A DNA stretch of 64,000 bases from Eledone cirrhosa (Eukaryota). Positions 11,301 through 24,096 of this stretch are shown here, piece by piece (position 1 is the first letter of the stretch; each line of letters starts with the position of its first letter). Where the stretch lies: contig OZ024742.1 in assembly GCA_964016885.1 (NCBI GenBank), positions 200,384,001-200,448,000 on the forward strand, read 5' to 3'. A program made the translations under genes and the position numbers. The notes beneath the pieces were generated by a model. It was given only the letters and a program-made list of their open reading frames with translations, did no database searches and had not been told where the DNA came from.

Positions 11301-14300
11301 AACCGCTGCTGATATATCGACCTGCCAAGTACTCTGAGACCTCGTCCCTGCTATTGTCGTTTTGAAGGCCGAACATGGCAGCGTCGGAACCCTTGTTAGC
11401 ATATTTACACATGTACTTTATCGACTTCACTGAATGACAGAACTCCACATTTATATGAGCGTTGAACGTTTTCATCAGAAATGGACAGTACGGGACCACC
11501 CACCTATTATCAACTTGATGACCCCGTAACGTCATAGTGAATCCACCGTTCTCAGGCCGCCTTCGTCTGTACAGTGGGTATCCGTCGCCGCCGGTCTGGG
11601 TCTCCTCAACAAACCTCTTTGGGTATCGTTTAGTGCACACATGGTCCTTGTGGCATGAAGAGAACTCTTGAAAACCGGGACCGCACGGACTGTGCACCAT
11701 GTGTGCCTTCACAATGTCGTACAGCTGCCGGTCAACAACGGGGTCCGGTATTTCCGCTGCGATGACGTCATCTAGAATGTAGGGTCTATTTTGGTGACCA
11801 ACCAAACCAAAATGTGCGCGTGTGGCAACCCTCTCTTTTGCCACTCAACAGTATACATGTGGCACCTAACAGGCCCGAAAACCTTCCCTCTTTTTATTAG
11901 ATCAATTAGCTTAGCCAACTTCTGCCTGAAAACCCTGGCAATAATATCATGCCGATGGCAGTGCTGCTGCCATGGGATAAGTTCCCGCGTAACCTCAACC
12001 CACTTGGGGTTACACGTAAACGTGATGAATAAATCGGGGCGCCCATAATGCCGAACGAACGTCATAGCGTCCTGTGTTCGCTCGTGCATGTGCCCCCCCC
12101 CCGTATATGTTGAGGGGAGAATGCACATTTTGCTGATGTTCCTGGGGTCAGTGTCATTCCTGATGCCGTCACGCAAATGGATGTAGGAGTCTGAGCGCAG
12201 CTGCTTCTGATTCAATTTTATGAAGCACAGTCTCTCCGACTCCATCTTTGCAGTCATGTCAACTGCAAACTGGTGAAACAGTTCCCGTGACCTGTGCAGG
12301 GTGCTGAAATCGTTAGGCCTCGTCATGAAGCGGTAGGAGTATAAAGCCATGCATGAAACAGTTTTAGATGTCGCAGTAGTGGGCTCGTTTGGTTTGCGCT
12401 GAGGAATGCCGAAATGGTACCCGTCTTCTCCGTATGCAAAAAGAAGGGGATACTGCAGGGCGTCGTATGAACGATGCGTCTCATTAATACGTCGAAGACC
12501 ACTGTCACGACTTTGAAGAACTATGTCTCGCTTATTGTGCTGTTCACCATGGATAACTACGGCCACTTCATTGCACGAAGGAGCGTTATAACAGCGTGTG
12601 TGCTCCCCAGAAGGTCTTTTGTCAGCATCGATGACAATGGTGAAGTTTGGTGAAGGATTTGTTTCCAATGCGTATTTGAAGCTGCGAATATAACTGTTGT
12701 GCATGTTTTGAAGACCGAGCAGCACGTCCCTTTCAAAAGTGTCAGCGTCAGTGTTTGCAGGTGTTGGAATAACGCCGAACCGTGAATCAACTTGCCTACT
12801 GTAGTTAGAAATGAAGTAAATTTGAAGAAACGAAGGCTTGCAATTTTGTAGTGGCTGGAGCGACCCAATAAGATGGTACACCTGCCCCTGGACCTTGAAA
12901 GTAGGCATCCAACCACTTTCTCTGACAACGTTAGCCCCGAAAAAGTCATTTGAAACGCACAATTGTACTTCCTGATGAGTTGAAGGAATTTGGATGACCT
13001 TGAGGTAGAACCAGTAAGTAGTTCCTTCAAAGGCTCTGGTGGTTCACCAAGAGGGGGCAAGCTGACCTTACCGTTTAAGCAGCACAATGCAGGTGGCTCC
13101 CCAGCCCACTTTTTAGCATTGCAGAATTTGCAATTGAAGCGCATTTCCTCTATATTTATGTCGGCACGCATCGAGTAGTTAACGTTGGGCTCATACTTGA
13201 AAGCCCGTAGGTGCCAGTATGGGCTGTTGGGGCTCGTCACACCGCGGGCAGCTTCTTGTCGTCGACTGTTCCGCTCCAACGTAGAATGTTGCTCCTGTGG
13301 GTCGTGGGAAGCTCTCGCAGCAGTAGCAGAAGCCACCCTTACAATCCTAATGGAGCGCCCGTCTGCATCTTCAGAAGCCATGGAAGCAGTCATAGCCGCA
13401 GCGTTCCTAGCATGGCGATTCGTCCGCTGTTCCAAACCTTCCAAAGCCCTGGAAGCAGCAGTAGCAGCAGCGTTTCTATTCAGGCGAGTCGACCTTTGTT
13501 CCGGGCCCTCTGAAGCCCTGGAAGTAGCAGTAGAAGCCTTTTATTTGGAATGACGTATCGCCCGCTCTGAATCGCACATCGCAGCACGTCTCGAGGCGTC
13601 GTATGAAGCCAACTTGGCTAGGCGTGCGGTGCGTTGTTGAAAACTTTCAGCAGCTCTGCATTCCGCTGAACGGAAGGCGCTCTGTGAAAGTCTTAAAGCA
13701 GTTTCCTCGGAGGCTCGTTTGCTGTAATCGCCCTCTGCGCCGCCGCTGACGCGGTATGGCGACCGAGGCGACTTCTCTTTTTAGGTGGCATTTTATGTGA
13801 AAAAGAAAGGGTGAAAGTTACTTCTACAGCAAAATTGCCTTTGAAAGTATAATGCTGAAAACTGTCTGCGTTCCGCAGGGGAAAAATGGGAGAACGAACG
13901 GCAAATAAATAACTCAGTTTGTTGAAAGCGCGCTTCTGTCAGCAATTTGAAGTTGTTTGGCCAAAAATCCCGATGTGGTTTTTTTTTTCACTCAATAAAC
14001 GTGTAAATATGTTATACACAAAATGTAATTGTGTGTGAGTTGAATGATAGATGTTTTAAAAAAAGATTTTAAGCGTATAAGCGTAATAAGAGATTGTTGA
14101 ATACATTTCTGTTGCTTTTGAATAATTGTAGTTTGGTATAAAATGTAAGCGTCATGTATTTAACGTTTGTCTCTGTCTCTCACTCTCTAGCTCACTCCTT
14201 TATTTTTTTCTCTCTCTCTCTCTAAAGGAAATTAGTAAGGAGTGGGTAGGTTCCAGCATGTATTTTTTTTTTTTTCGAATTTTAAGGCGTTAGGCAGAGT

Positions 14301-14496
14301 AATCAGAAGGTATTAGAGGGGGTAAAGCGTCACGTATTTCCGTAATTGTGGGTGAGTTTGAATGAAATAAATAGTCGTTGGTCTAAGTTAGACGATTTAC
14401 AACATTCTTACAGACTTTGAGTCGAATCGGTTTGAAATTGTGCAAATATATAAACATGGAACATGCACACACACACAACAACCTGCCTTTTATAGA
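8380..14496 (-). mobile_element. Full-length Helitron (rolling-circle transposon), degenerate
   Basis: On minus strand: 5' A|TCTATAAAAGGC at 14496; 3' hairpin CCCGAGCAACGCCGGG then TTAG|T at 8380 (CTAG variant); RepHel coding region inside. Confidence 0.9.
9196..13791 (-). pseudogene. Helitron Rep-helicase (HUH Rep + PIF1-family helicase), frameshifted
   Basis: Start MPPKKRSRLGR at 13791; C..C.AKKW..E....CC.NGKV zinc motif; Rep motifs FITFTCNPKW, VEWQKRGLPHAHIL, KYMCKYANKG; PIF1 motifs ASSGIGATLL.GGRTAHS.F, IVWDEC.M, GDFRQTLPV, CNGTRL, FAMSINKAQ, FSHGQLYV..SRV; Walker A partly deleted (GGTEKT). Confidence 0.95.
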
Positions 14497-14680
14497 TAAT
14501 TGTTTCTACTTTAGGCACAAGGCCAGCAATTACCCAGTACATTACTGGTACTTTATTTTATTGACCCCGTAAGGATGAAAGGCAAAGTTAACCTCGGCGG
14601 GATTTGAACTCAGACTGTAAAGGGATGTAACTATGTTAGAAAGCATGGCGTCCAACCCTCTACCGATACTGTCAATTCAC
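14497..14680 (-). mobile_element. SINE family 1
   Basis: Reverse complement has A box, GAGTTCAAATCC B box, core GCCTTTCATCCTTACGGGGTC and tail GGCCTTGTGCCTAAAGTAGAAACAATTAT. Confidence 0.85.
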
Positions 14681-14730
14681 AATGATATATATATATACAT
14701 ATGTATATATATACATACATATATATATAT

Positions 14731-15495
14731 GAAAGACGTAAAATAAGAAAATTTTAAAAATTAAAAATTAACTTACTAAAATTTTCACTCCTACTAATTA
14801 GTTTCTGTAAGGGAATAAATATAGTTACGCAAATCAACTATAGAGAAGTCCTTACGTCATCAGTGAGTCTATTCTCAGCTAAGTTCCCAGGCAATGCGCG
14901 GACACTAGGAACTCATATAAAAATAATAATTCAGTGGATGGAATAAAGCTAGCGGGGACTAAATTCCAGGGCACTGAAAAAATTCACTGCCTACTTGGTC
15001 AGTGGCAAATTCTAAAGAATCAATCACGTGACACTGAGGTTAATCAGTGAGGAGTGGGGTGGTATTATGACAAGAGCCTAACTACTACCACGAACCATAG
15101 CAGTAAATTTTGGCAAGTTTCGCTCAACAAATAATTTGGAGATAAATATAGAGAATTAGTATATCTACCAACATCTGAATTATTATTTTTATATGGGTTC
15201 CTAGTGTCCGCGCATTGCCTGGGAACTTATCTGAGAATAGACTCCCTGATGACGTAAGGACTTCTCTATAGTTGCATTGCGTAACTATATTTATTCCCTT
15301 ACAGAAACTAATTAGTAGGAGTGAAAATTTTAGTAAGTTAATTTTTAATTTTTAAAATTTTCTTATTTTACGTCTTTCATATAATTGTTCTGCACCCCCC
15401 CTGCATAGAACCACAAAGGTACTAAGACATAACATATATATTTGATAGCATGGGTATGCATCTGTATACATATGTTGGTAGATATACTAATTCTC
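14731..15495 (+). mobile_element. Foldback small element with hammerhead ribozyme (arms 14731-14933 and 15175-15380)
   Basis: ~200-bp inverted arms around a ~240-bp spacer; partial copies at 31877-32058 and 62175-62245. Confidence 0.8.
15241..15322 (+). ncRNA. Type I hammerhead ribozyme motif
   Basis: Stem I ACTCC/GGAGT, core CTGATGA, stem II GTAAGG/CCTTAC, GAAA, palindromic stem III ACTAATTAGT, GUA cleavage triplet. Confidence 0.85.
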
Positions 15496-15559
15496 TACAT
15501 ATATATATATATACATATACATATATATATATATACATATATATATACACATATATATA

Positions 15560-15600
<41 letters not shown>

Positions 15601-15693
15601 TATACATATATATACATATATATATATATATATACATATATATACATATATATATATATATATACATACATATATATATATACATATATATAT

Positions 15694-18387
15694 GTAATAT
15701 TATGGGGAGTACTCAACGTAGTGCATTTCACCCGTCTTCGTTTGTGTAGTTGGTGGTGCTAATACGGAGTTAATTATTACAAATAAAATAACAGGAGGAT
15801 GGACTGGTGTAAATCTTTGAAAAGTTTATTATACTATGATCATTTCAATGACCGGGTTCCGTATGAATCCGGTGATATCATCAGGTATTCGAAATATAAC
15901 AAAGGAATATATAAAATCCATGGGTCCGAAAATCAGAGAGGACGACTGACGAACTAGCTGCTTTCACCTCGGTCAGTCGCCCTCAAGTGATGGCAACTCG
16001 GTCTACTAATGACCATCTGGTGAAGGGGCGAAGGCTTATAATGTACTACCACCTCTCCGTCAGAGAATAAAAAAAGAAAGAAAGAATGAAAAGTCAGCGT
16101 AAGGGTCACACTAGTCATGCTAGAGGACGACGCTGCGAAAAATGTTATTCCATAGAACCCATATTTTAACAAAGGCATATATATGGGTGTCTGTATGGTC
16201 TAATGTGTGAACAGAAAATTGGAACGTTAACTTGTTAAGAGTTATAGGATGAAATTACATTATTAGAAAATTAAAGGTTTGTGTTTCTAGATTTATTTAA
16301 TGAAATTACAGAGAGAGTCTTATATGAAAGTTTAAGTGTATTCTAGGGAATCTCGATAAGTTATCAAGGTGGGATATAGAGTAAAGCCTTCGATTGTAAA
16401 CCCAGCCAGCACCTTCTAACCACGTGTCAGCCAGTTTCGAGTGGTATCGTCGAGAGAAATAAATGGAAATTAATTTTTCCGAGTACTCTAGGAACGTAGC
16501 TGCGATAGGCTCCGGGTGTGTTAGCAGGAAGTCAACCAGCTTCTACAGGCCATCGTCTATACCAAACCAATACTATTAATTGACACAGGAGGGGTTTATT
16601 TACGTGCCAGCAGAGGAAGGCATGACACAGCTAACAGTTATGCCTAAGCCTAGAGTCTATAGGTATGAGTTTAATGTGGCGGTCAAAACAGGCGGTGCGG
16701 CGGGTCCCGGGGCAAATCGATCCGCTCCGGGTAGTTTCGTTTACCGAAAGAGGGGAAAATTTATTTTTCCAAGCACTCATGGAAGGCTGAACTTTCCGAG
16801 CGCCCGGCGCACAGCCGGGAAATCCACCACATCAGTCGAAAGTGGTAAAACCCAATGAAAAGTGCCAATAGACTATAATTATTTTTAAGTCCCAGTTAGT
16901 CCGAGTTATAAGTAGTGTGGTTCTTTGGTGGGTAGGGAGATATGAATGGTGCATAATGACCTGAGTAAGGAATAATAAGCAGAAAATAACAAATAAATAA
17001 AAGCAGGATACAAAGTTAAAAATACAAAGATAAAAAATAAATAATAAATAATAAAAAATAAATAAAAATACATTAATAAAAATACATTAATAAGGTAAAA
17101 AGTAAAAAGTAAAAATACATAAATAAAACGCCGTCATAGCTAGGGAAGTGATGTAGTAAGACGGATATATAAAAGAACATATCGGAGGAATCAAAGTAAG
17201 GGGAATACAAAATAGATCAAGTTGCAGTAAGATAATGCAAGGTTGTACATATAGATATAGAGGATGGAAGAGAAGGAATGGTATCAGGTGGTACCTAGTG
17301 TAAAGTTCGGGTCTCCGAATTCAGTGTGAGTCACAACAAAGTCCTGAGGTATAGAGTAGATAATTCAGTCAATACAATACATGCTGAAGTATAATACGTA
17401 GAATTTGGTCGAAATCCGAATATTCCCGACAAGGAAGCAGCATTGGATAGGGTGGGCGGTAGATAAAGCACAGAGCAGCCAAAATCCGAATGGTAAGTAG
17501 ATCAGTTAATCCCATGCTGGCAATAGCTGTACACTGAAGTCAGTGCCGCTGTTCAATATTACATCTGGAAGTGCTCAACATTATCGGAGCATTATTTATT
17601 TAGGTTTGTTGGTTCACCACTGGATAGAATTGGTCATTCCGTATGGTCAATCTTGGTGTAATATTATGGAGAGTACTCAACGTAGTGCATTTTACCCGTC
17701 TTCGTTTGTGTAGTTGGTGGTGCTAATACGGAGTTAATTATTACAAATAAAATAACAGGATGGTGGACTGGTGTAAATCCTTGAAAAGTTTATTATACTA
17801 TGATCATTTCAATGACCGGGTTCCGTATGAAGCCGGTGATATCATCAGATATTCGAAATATAACAAAGGAATATATAATATTAATTTTCTAATAATTTAA
17901 TTTCATCCTATAACTCTAAACATAAGTTAACGTTCTAATTTTCTGTTCACACATTAGACCATACAGACACCCATATATATATGCCTTTGTTAAAATATGG
18001 GTTCTTTGGAATAACATTTTTCGCGGCGTCCTCTAGCATGACTGTAGTGTGACCCTTACGCTGACTTTTCTTCTTTCTTTCTTTCTTTTTTTATTCTCTG
18101 ACGGAGAGGTGGTAGTACATTATAAGCCTTCGCCCCCTCACCAGATCGTCATTAGTAGACAGAGTTGCCATCACTTGAGGGCGACTGACCGAGGTGAAGG
18201 CAGCTAGTTGGTCAGTCGTCCTCTCTGTCTCTGATTTTCGGACCCATGGATTTTATATATTCCTTTGTTATATTTCGAATATCTGATGATATCACCGGCT
18301 TCATACGGAACCCGGTCATTGAAATGATCATAGTATAATAAACTTTCCAAGGATTTACACCAGTCCATCCTCCTGTTATTTTATTTG

Positions 18388-18392
<5 letters not shown>
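15694..18392 (-). mobile_element. Penelope/retrozyme-like element: ~220-bp direct repeats 1964 bp apart plus inverted terminal copy
   Basis: 15694-15912 repeated at 17658-17876; 17881-18392 is the inverse of ~15776-16274; hammerheads at 15831-15888 (-), 17795-17852 (-) and 18279-18336 (+). Confidence 0.75.
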
Positions 18393-18430
<38 letters not shown>

Positions 18431-18432
<2 letters not shown>

Positions 18433-18868
18433 GATATATTAACAAATGGAAACTATATATTTATAAAACCATATTTATTTCATTATACATATTTCAAGGA
18501 CACGCTTTCATCAGATAAAATATAATATAGATCAGTTTTATAAATAAATATTGACATACCGTTAAAGAATGTGACCATTTCTGTTGGAAGCTTCCAGATA
18601 GTGGGGTTATTAAATTTATTTATTAAATATATTTATTTATTTATTTATTTATAAAACTGATCTATATTATATTTTATCTGATGAAAGCGCACCATAATTT
18701 GACTTGGTGTCCTTGAAATATGTATAATGAAATAAATATGATTTTATATATATATAGTTTCCATTTGTTAATATATCGTATTTTTACTCCAATAATTTGT
18801 TGAGTGCTTTATATCAGTTATAAAAATATTTGCTTGCTGTATCCCAACAATTTAAATATAACTTCTAC
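18431..18868 (+). mobile_element. Foldback small element with hammerhead motif (18670-18734); related copy at 60935-61130
   Basis: TATTTTAT-CTGATGA...GAAA-tatgta-TA-ATGAAATA; arms 18431-18550 and 18645-18780. Confidence 0.75.
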
Positions 18869-18890
18869 ATATATATATATATATATAATT

Positions 18891-18955
<65 letters not shown>

Positions 18956-19036
18956 CATATATATATATATATATATAATTACAAATAAAATAACAGGAGG
19001 CTGGACTGGTGTAAATCCTTGAAAAGTGTGTGTGTG

Positions 19037-19184
<148 letters not shown>

Positions 19185-19188
19185 TATA

Positions 19189-19244
<56 letters not shown>

Positions 19245-19729
19245 TATATATATATATATGTGTGTATATAAATATATATATATATACACACACACACATA
19301 TATATATATATATGTATATACGCATATATACATGTACACGCACACACACATATATATATATACGTATACATACATTATGTATACGTATATATATAAAGTA
19401 TCTTTATGTGAACATGATTATAATCCGAGTGTGTGTTTATGTGACTGGGTGTGCATGCACCCCCCCCCCCCCCCTCTCTCCGTGATGCAAGAACTTACCC
19501 ATCACCTCATATTCGAACCAAACTAATTTTCCGCATCAAATGCTGAATGAATAGTTCAATAATATTTGGACGTAGTTTGTGTAATTAAGTTGTATGAACT
19601 GAAGAGCGTAATTCGAAGAGGTGGTGCAGAAATTCACTCGCGTATCACATTCAACACCCTTAGGCAAGTTTTTCCACAATCTATTCATGACTTTAATGTT
19701 TGCTTGTTTTTGCTGTCAGGTAAATGCTG

Positions 19730-20850
19730 ATGATCAGCCATGTTTGTTACTGTTCTTTTCTTTAGCGTCAAGCAAATTTTTGTGATCAAAGATGTTCTAT
19801 GTTGTCTTTGTTGTTTTTATTGTTGTTCAAATTTGATTGAGAAAATGTTTGAGGTTCAAACTCATTCCAGACATGACAGTCACCACTGTTGTTTTAGAAC
19901 CAGTTGATACTTGATCAAGCAACAATTTTGACGATCAAATATATTCCAGGACTGCTCTCCCCGTTTATTGTTGATGATGGAGATTTGACGCCAGCTCAAA
20001 TTTTATTGAGAAACATTTTAATGATAAAAAGCAATTTCCAGCCGTGACCACCCTGTCTGCTATTGTTGTTTTTTAGCATTAGTTGACACTTGATTCAGAA
20101 AAAATTTGATGATAAAAAAAGTATTTTGTCATGACAATCCCATGCTATGGTGTTTTTTTTAGCATCATATGAAACTTTCTTCTTCTTCTTCTTCTTCTTC
20201 TTCTTCTTCTTCTTCTTCTTCTTCTTCTTCTTCTTCTTCTTCTTCTTCTTCTTCTTGAAAGGATCAGGAGGCAGAGAGACTTCAAACACTCCTTCCAGAG
20301 GGTCATGTCAGAAGCAACCGTCTCCAACTGATCCGGCTGGACCCCCAAGTGAGACCAGCCAACCTCCTGGATGTTATCCAACCATCTTGCTCGGGGTCTA
20401 AACCTGGGTCTCTTGCCAGTTGGTTTTGCCCACAAAATCTGTCCAGTGATTCTTTCTTGAGACATTCTAACCACATGTTCATAGTATCGGAGCTGTGATC
20501 TCTCAATTCGGAGAAGTAGCGGCTCTACCTGGAGTAACTCTCTGTTCTCCGAGTTACACACTCCATCGGGTAGCGTTATTCCAAAGACCCTTCGGAGGAA
20601 CCCCATTTTGTGATTGTATTCTTTCGGTCATTACCCAAGATTCATGACCATAGGTAAGGGTTGGCACGAATACCAAATTCAAACCTGACTGAGGAAAAAA
20701 TTTAGTAACTCAAGTATTTCTAGCCGTGACCACCCCGTCGGCTTTTGTTGTGGTTGGACACTCTAGTGCTAGCTCAAACTTGATTGTGTAAAGTTTTTGA
20801 AGATTAAAAATATTCCAGTTATTACCATTTCAACTGTTAATTTTGTTATT
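19730..20850. repeat. Degenerate ~70-90 bp tandem repeat interrupted by a LINE fragment
   Basis: Recurring ttgat..ga.aaa.tttga.gat.aaa...attccagccgtgacc-like units on both sides of 20177-20685. Confidence 0.55.
20177..20685 (-). mobile_element. RTE LINE 3' fragment with (GAA)n tail
   Basis: MGFLRRVFGITL, VEPLLLRIERSQLRY..HVVRM, GKRPR.RPRARWLD; (TTC)n at 20177-20256. Confidence 0.85.
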
Positions 20851-20859
20851 GTGGCAGTT

Positions 20860-21475
20860 TGATATATTTGGGGGGCAGTGGCGATGGTAGTGGTGGTGGT
20901 ATTCATGGTAATGGTGGTGTTGTGGATGGTGATACTGTAGGTGGTGATGGTAGTGGTGTTCATGGTAATGGAGTGGATGGGGATGTTAGTGGTGTTGATG
21001 GTTGTGGCGGTGGTGTTGTAGGTGGTGATGGTAGTGGAGGTAATGTTCATGGTAATGGTGGTGTTGTGGGTGGTGATGGTTGTAGTGGCAGTGGTGGAGG
21101 GGGAAGGTGATAGTGGTGGTAGTATTGGTAATTTTGGCGGTGGTGGTGTTATTGGTGGTGTTTTCAGTCGGGATTGCGGTTAGGATGCTGCTGGTGGTGG
21201 CGTCGTTGGTAGTTGAGGTGATAGTGGAGATGGTGTTGGTGGTGAAGCTGGTAGTGGTGGTGATGATGGTAGTTGTTGCGATGGTGGTGGTGCTGGGGAT
21301 AATGGTGGCAGTGCTCGGGGAGGTTTTGTTAGTGGTGGGGATTATAGGATTATAGCAGGCGTGTTGGTGGCGAAGCTGGTAGTGGTGGAGATAGTAGTTG
21401 TAGTGGTGGTGTTGGAGATGACGGCAGCAGTGCTAAAGGTAGTACTGGTAATGGTGGGGGTGTTGGTGGTGAAGT
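20860..21475. repeat. (GGT/GTG)n low-complexity tract
   Basis: Direct inspection. Confidence 0.85.
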
Positions 21476-21896
21476 GCTGCTCAACTTGAATTCCTTAAGG
21501 CAGGAACCGTTGGACAAATCTGGCAACGCGGCAAGATTTTCAAATATGTTATGTCTATGTTAATAATGGTTTCTTTCTTACTTGGGAACTGAGCCAAATG
21601 TTGTGAAGGTTGGATGAGTGTGTGTGTGTGTGTTGGTGCGAGGTGGTCTTGTGATACACTAAATTAAGGAACACCCCCCCCCCCCCCCAATATATTACTG
21701 CTACTAGGTGGCATCGAATCACAGCAAGATGTAAGGTAAAACCACCACGAGATTATAGTAAAGCCACACACGGATCTATATGTAGATACATACATACTTG
21801 CACACACACACACGTATGTATGTATGTATGTATGTATGTATGTATGTATGTATGTATGTATGTATGTATGTATGTATGTATGTATGTATGTATGTA

Positions 21897-22365
21897 TGGA
21901 GAGCTCCAAATGGGAAAAAGGAACGCGAGCAAACCCAAGATGCGTTTTAAGGACTGCATCAAGGGGGCGCTTAAGAAAAGTAACATCCCTTGTGAGCACT
22001 GGGAAGCATGCGCTAGCGACCGAACGCATTGGAGGAAAGCAGTGGCTAGTGGTAAGAGTCTATTTGAGGAAACAAGAAGAAGGCACGCGACACTAAAAAG
22101 AGATGTCCGGAAAGGAATCCATGTTGGCCTTCCCGAAGGCACTGACAGACGGCCTGACCTGACATGTGAGACCTGTAATAGGGTTTGTCTGAGCATGGCA
22201 GGTCTAAAGAGTCACCTGAGAGTGCACAATGACAGGGAAGCAGGCACCTTTGGAGCTATAAGTGTTCATCAGTCGACGACATGTAATGTTTGTGGAAGGG
22301 TATGCAGGTCGAGTAGTGATCTCACACGACACCTTGGGTCTCATGGTACCATGGGCCCAGCACTA
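21897..22365 (+). mobile_element. RTE LINE 3' fragment with two C2H2 zinc fingers
   Basis: YGEL..GKR...KPK.RFKD, WEACASDR..WR, CETCNRVC.S..GL.SHLRVH, CNVCGRVC.S...L.RHL.SH. Confidence 0.8.
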
Positions 22366-22445
22366 TACATACATGTATGTATGTATGTATGTATGTATGT
22401 ATGTATGTATGTATGTATGTATGTATGTATGTATGTATGTATGTA

Positions 22446-22957
22446 TGGTTTCTTGGTGAGGAGGGTGACTTTGGACATCCTAAAGGACTAAAACAAAACC
22501 TGTCAAAGTCAAAGCGCAAAGGAGCTCAATGGCCATCCAAAATCACCGGTAGAGATGACCCCTTAGCCTTTGTCAAGGCAGAATTCTAGGAGAAGGAAAA
22601 CTCTGATATAACACCTGCAACCCTGATGGTATCCAATGATGTTGACTTGTTATTCTTTTTGGTAAATATCATCTTGGTTAAGGGAGTGGGACTGGCTTTG
22701 TGCAGTGCCTTTGCTCACTATAAAAGCTTCACGGCACAGGCATTGCTTTATATCTGGAGATCTATCTGCAATTGTCGTCACATGGTGCCATGGGCCCAGC
22801 ACTATGTGTCAATAATTGTCACAAGTGTAGTGTTTGTACCAGAGTTTTCAAGTCGCTGGCTGGACTAAAAAATCACACTCGTTCAGCGCATCGGTGGGGG
22901 TTCTCCTACATGGATATAAAGTAGTGGCCGTACTCGAAAACGAGTTGGCAGCCACCA
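22446..22957 (+). repeat. Dispersed ~0.5 kb repeat, unclassified (inverse of 4982-5500)
   Basis: Near identity to the 4982-5572 element. Confidence 0.85.
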
Positions 22958-23218
22958 TGTATGTATGTATGCAAAAACCAAACAGAAATAACAAAGCAAA
23001 CGACACAGTACAATGAAGAAATATATTATTAGTTTTATGCTTGATGTAGTAGGAAAAGAGTCTTAACGTTCTTCATAAGAAAATAGAACTAGAAATTAAA
23101 GAAAAAAATTGAAAGATTGAGGAGACGAGCATTGGCGGAAACGAAATTTTTTAGAGAAAAAAAAACAAGCCAAGACAGGTCTACTCATGTCACCATATCT
23201 ATATGTATATAATATAAT

Positions 23219-23411
23219 ATAATTGTTTCTACTTTTGGCACAAGGCCAGCAATTATTCCAGTGTATTACTGGTACTTTATTTTATCGACCCCGTAATGAT
23301 AAATGGCAAAGTTAACCTCGGCGGGATTTGAACTCAGACCATAAAGGGCCGTAACTCTTTGCTGCAAAGCATCGCGTCCGACCCTCTACCGATACTGCCA
23401 ATCCACCACCC
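23219..23411 (-). mobile_element. SINE family 1
   Basis: Full head, core and tail match. Confidence 0.85.
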
Positions 23412-23732
23412 TATAATATAATATAATATTTTTTCGTTATGAATAAATTATAACCAACCAAGTTCGCACTATATGCATATGTGCATTTCAAGACGATGTT
23501 TTTTATTTGCTATATATAAATGAGGGTCTCCAACAAATGCTCATCACTCAAAATCTATAGAGATTCTAGTCTATTTTCATGTCACTACCGTTTGAGTGGT
23601 GAATGTCACTGATGGGAGATTGAAACAGGGCTGCGAGGCATTTTCGATATCTATTGTGATATCTAAGACATGTTCACAGAACAAAAGAGAGAAAAATAAG
23701 TTTTTTCATAATGAAAAAACTTATTTTTTCTT

Positions 23733-23844
<112 letters not shown>

Positions 23845-23940
23845 ATAATAATAAAATTGAAGACTAAAATCCAAAGAGGGCTCGATAAGGAAAATATATA
23901 TCAAATATATAAGAACCGTAGAGCAAATATTTATTTTTAA

Positions 23941-23977
<37 letters not shown>

Positions 23978-23990
23978 ATATGTGTATATG

Positions 23991-24096
<106 letters not shown>

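Noticed and set aside
16270-16345. Minus-frame NTLKLSYKT resembling the PLE linker NAIKLSYST
   Set aside because: Short match preceded by a stop, with no other RT motifs nearby; may be chance
19730-20850. CRISPR-like repeat-spacer pattern
   Set aside because: Degenerate eukaryotic tandem repeat with no identical repeats and no cas genes
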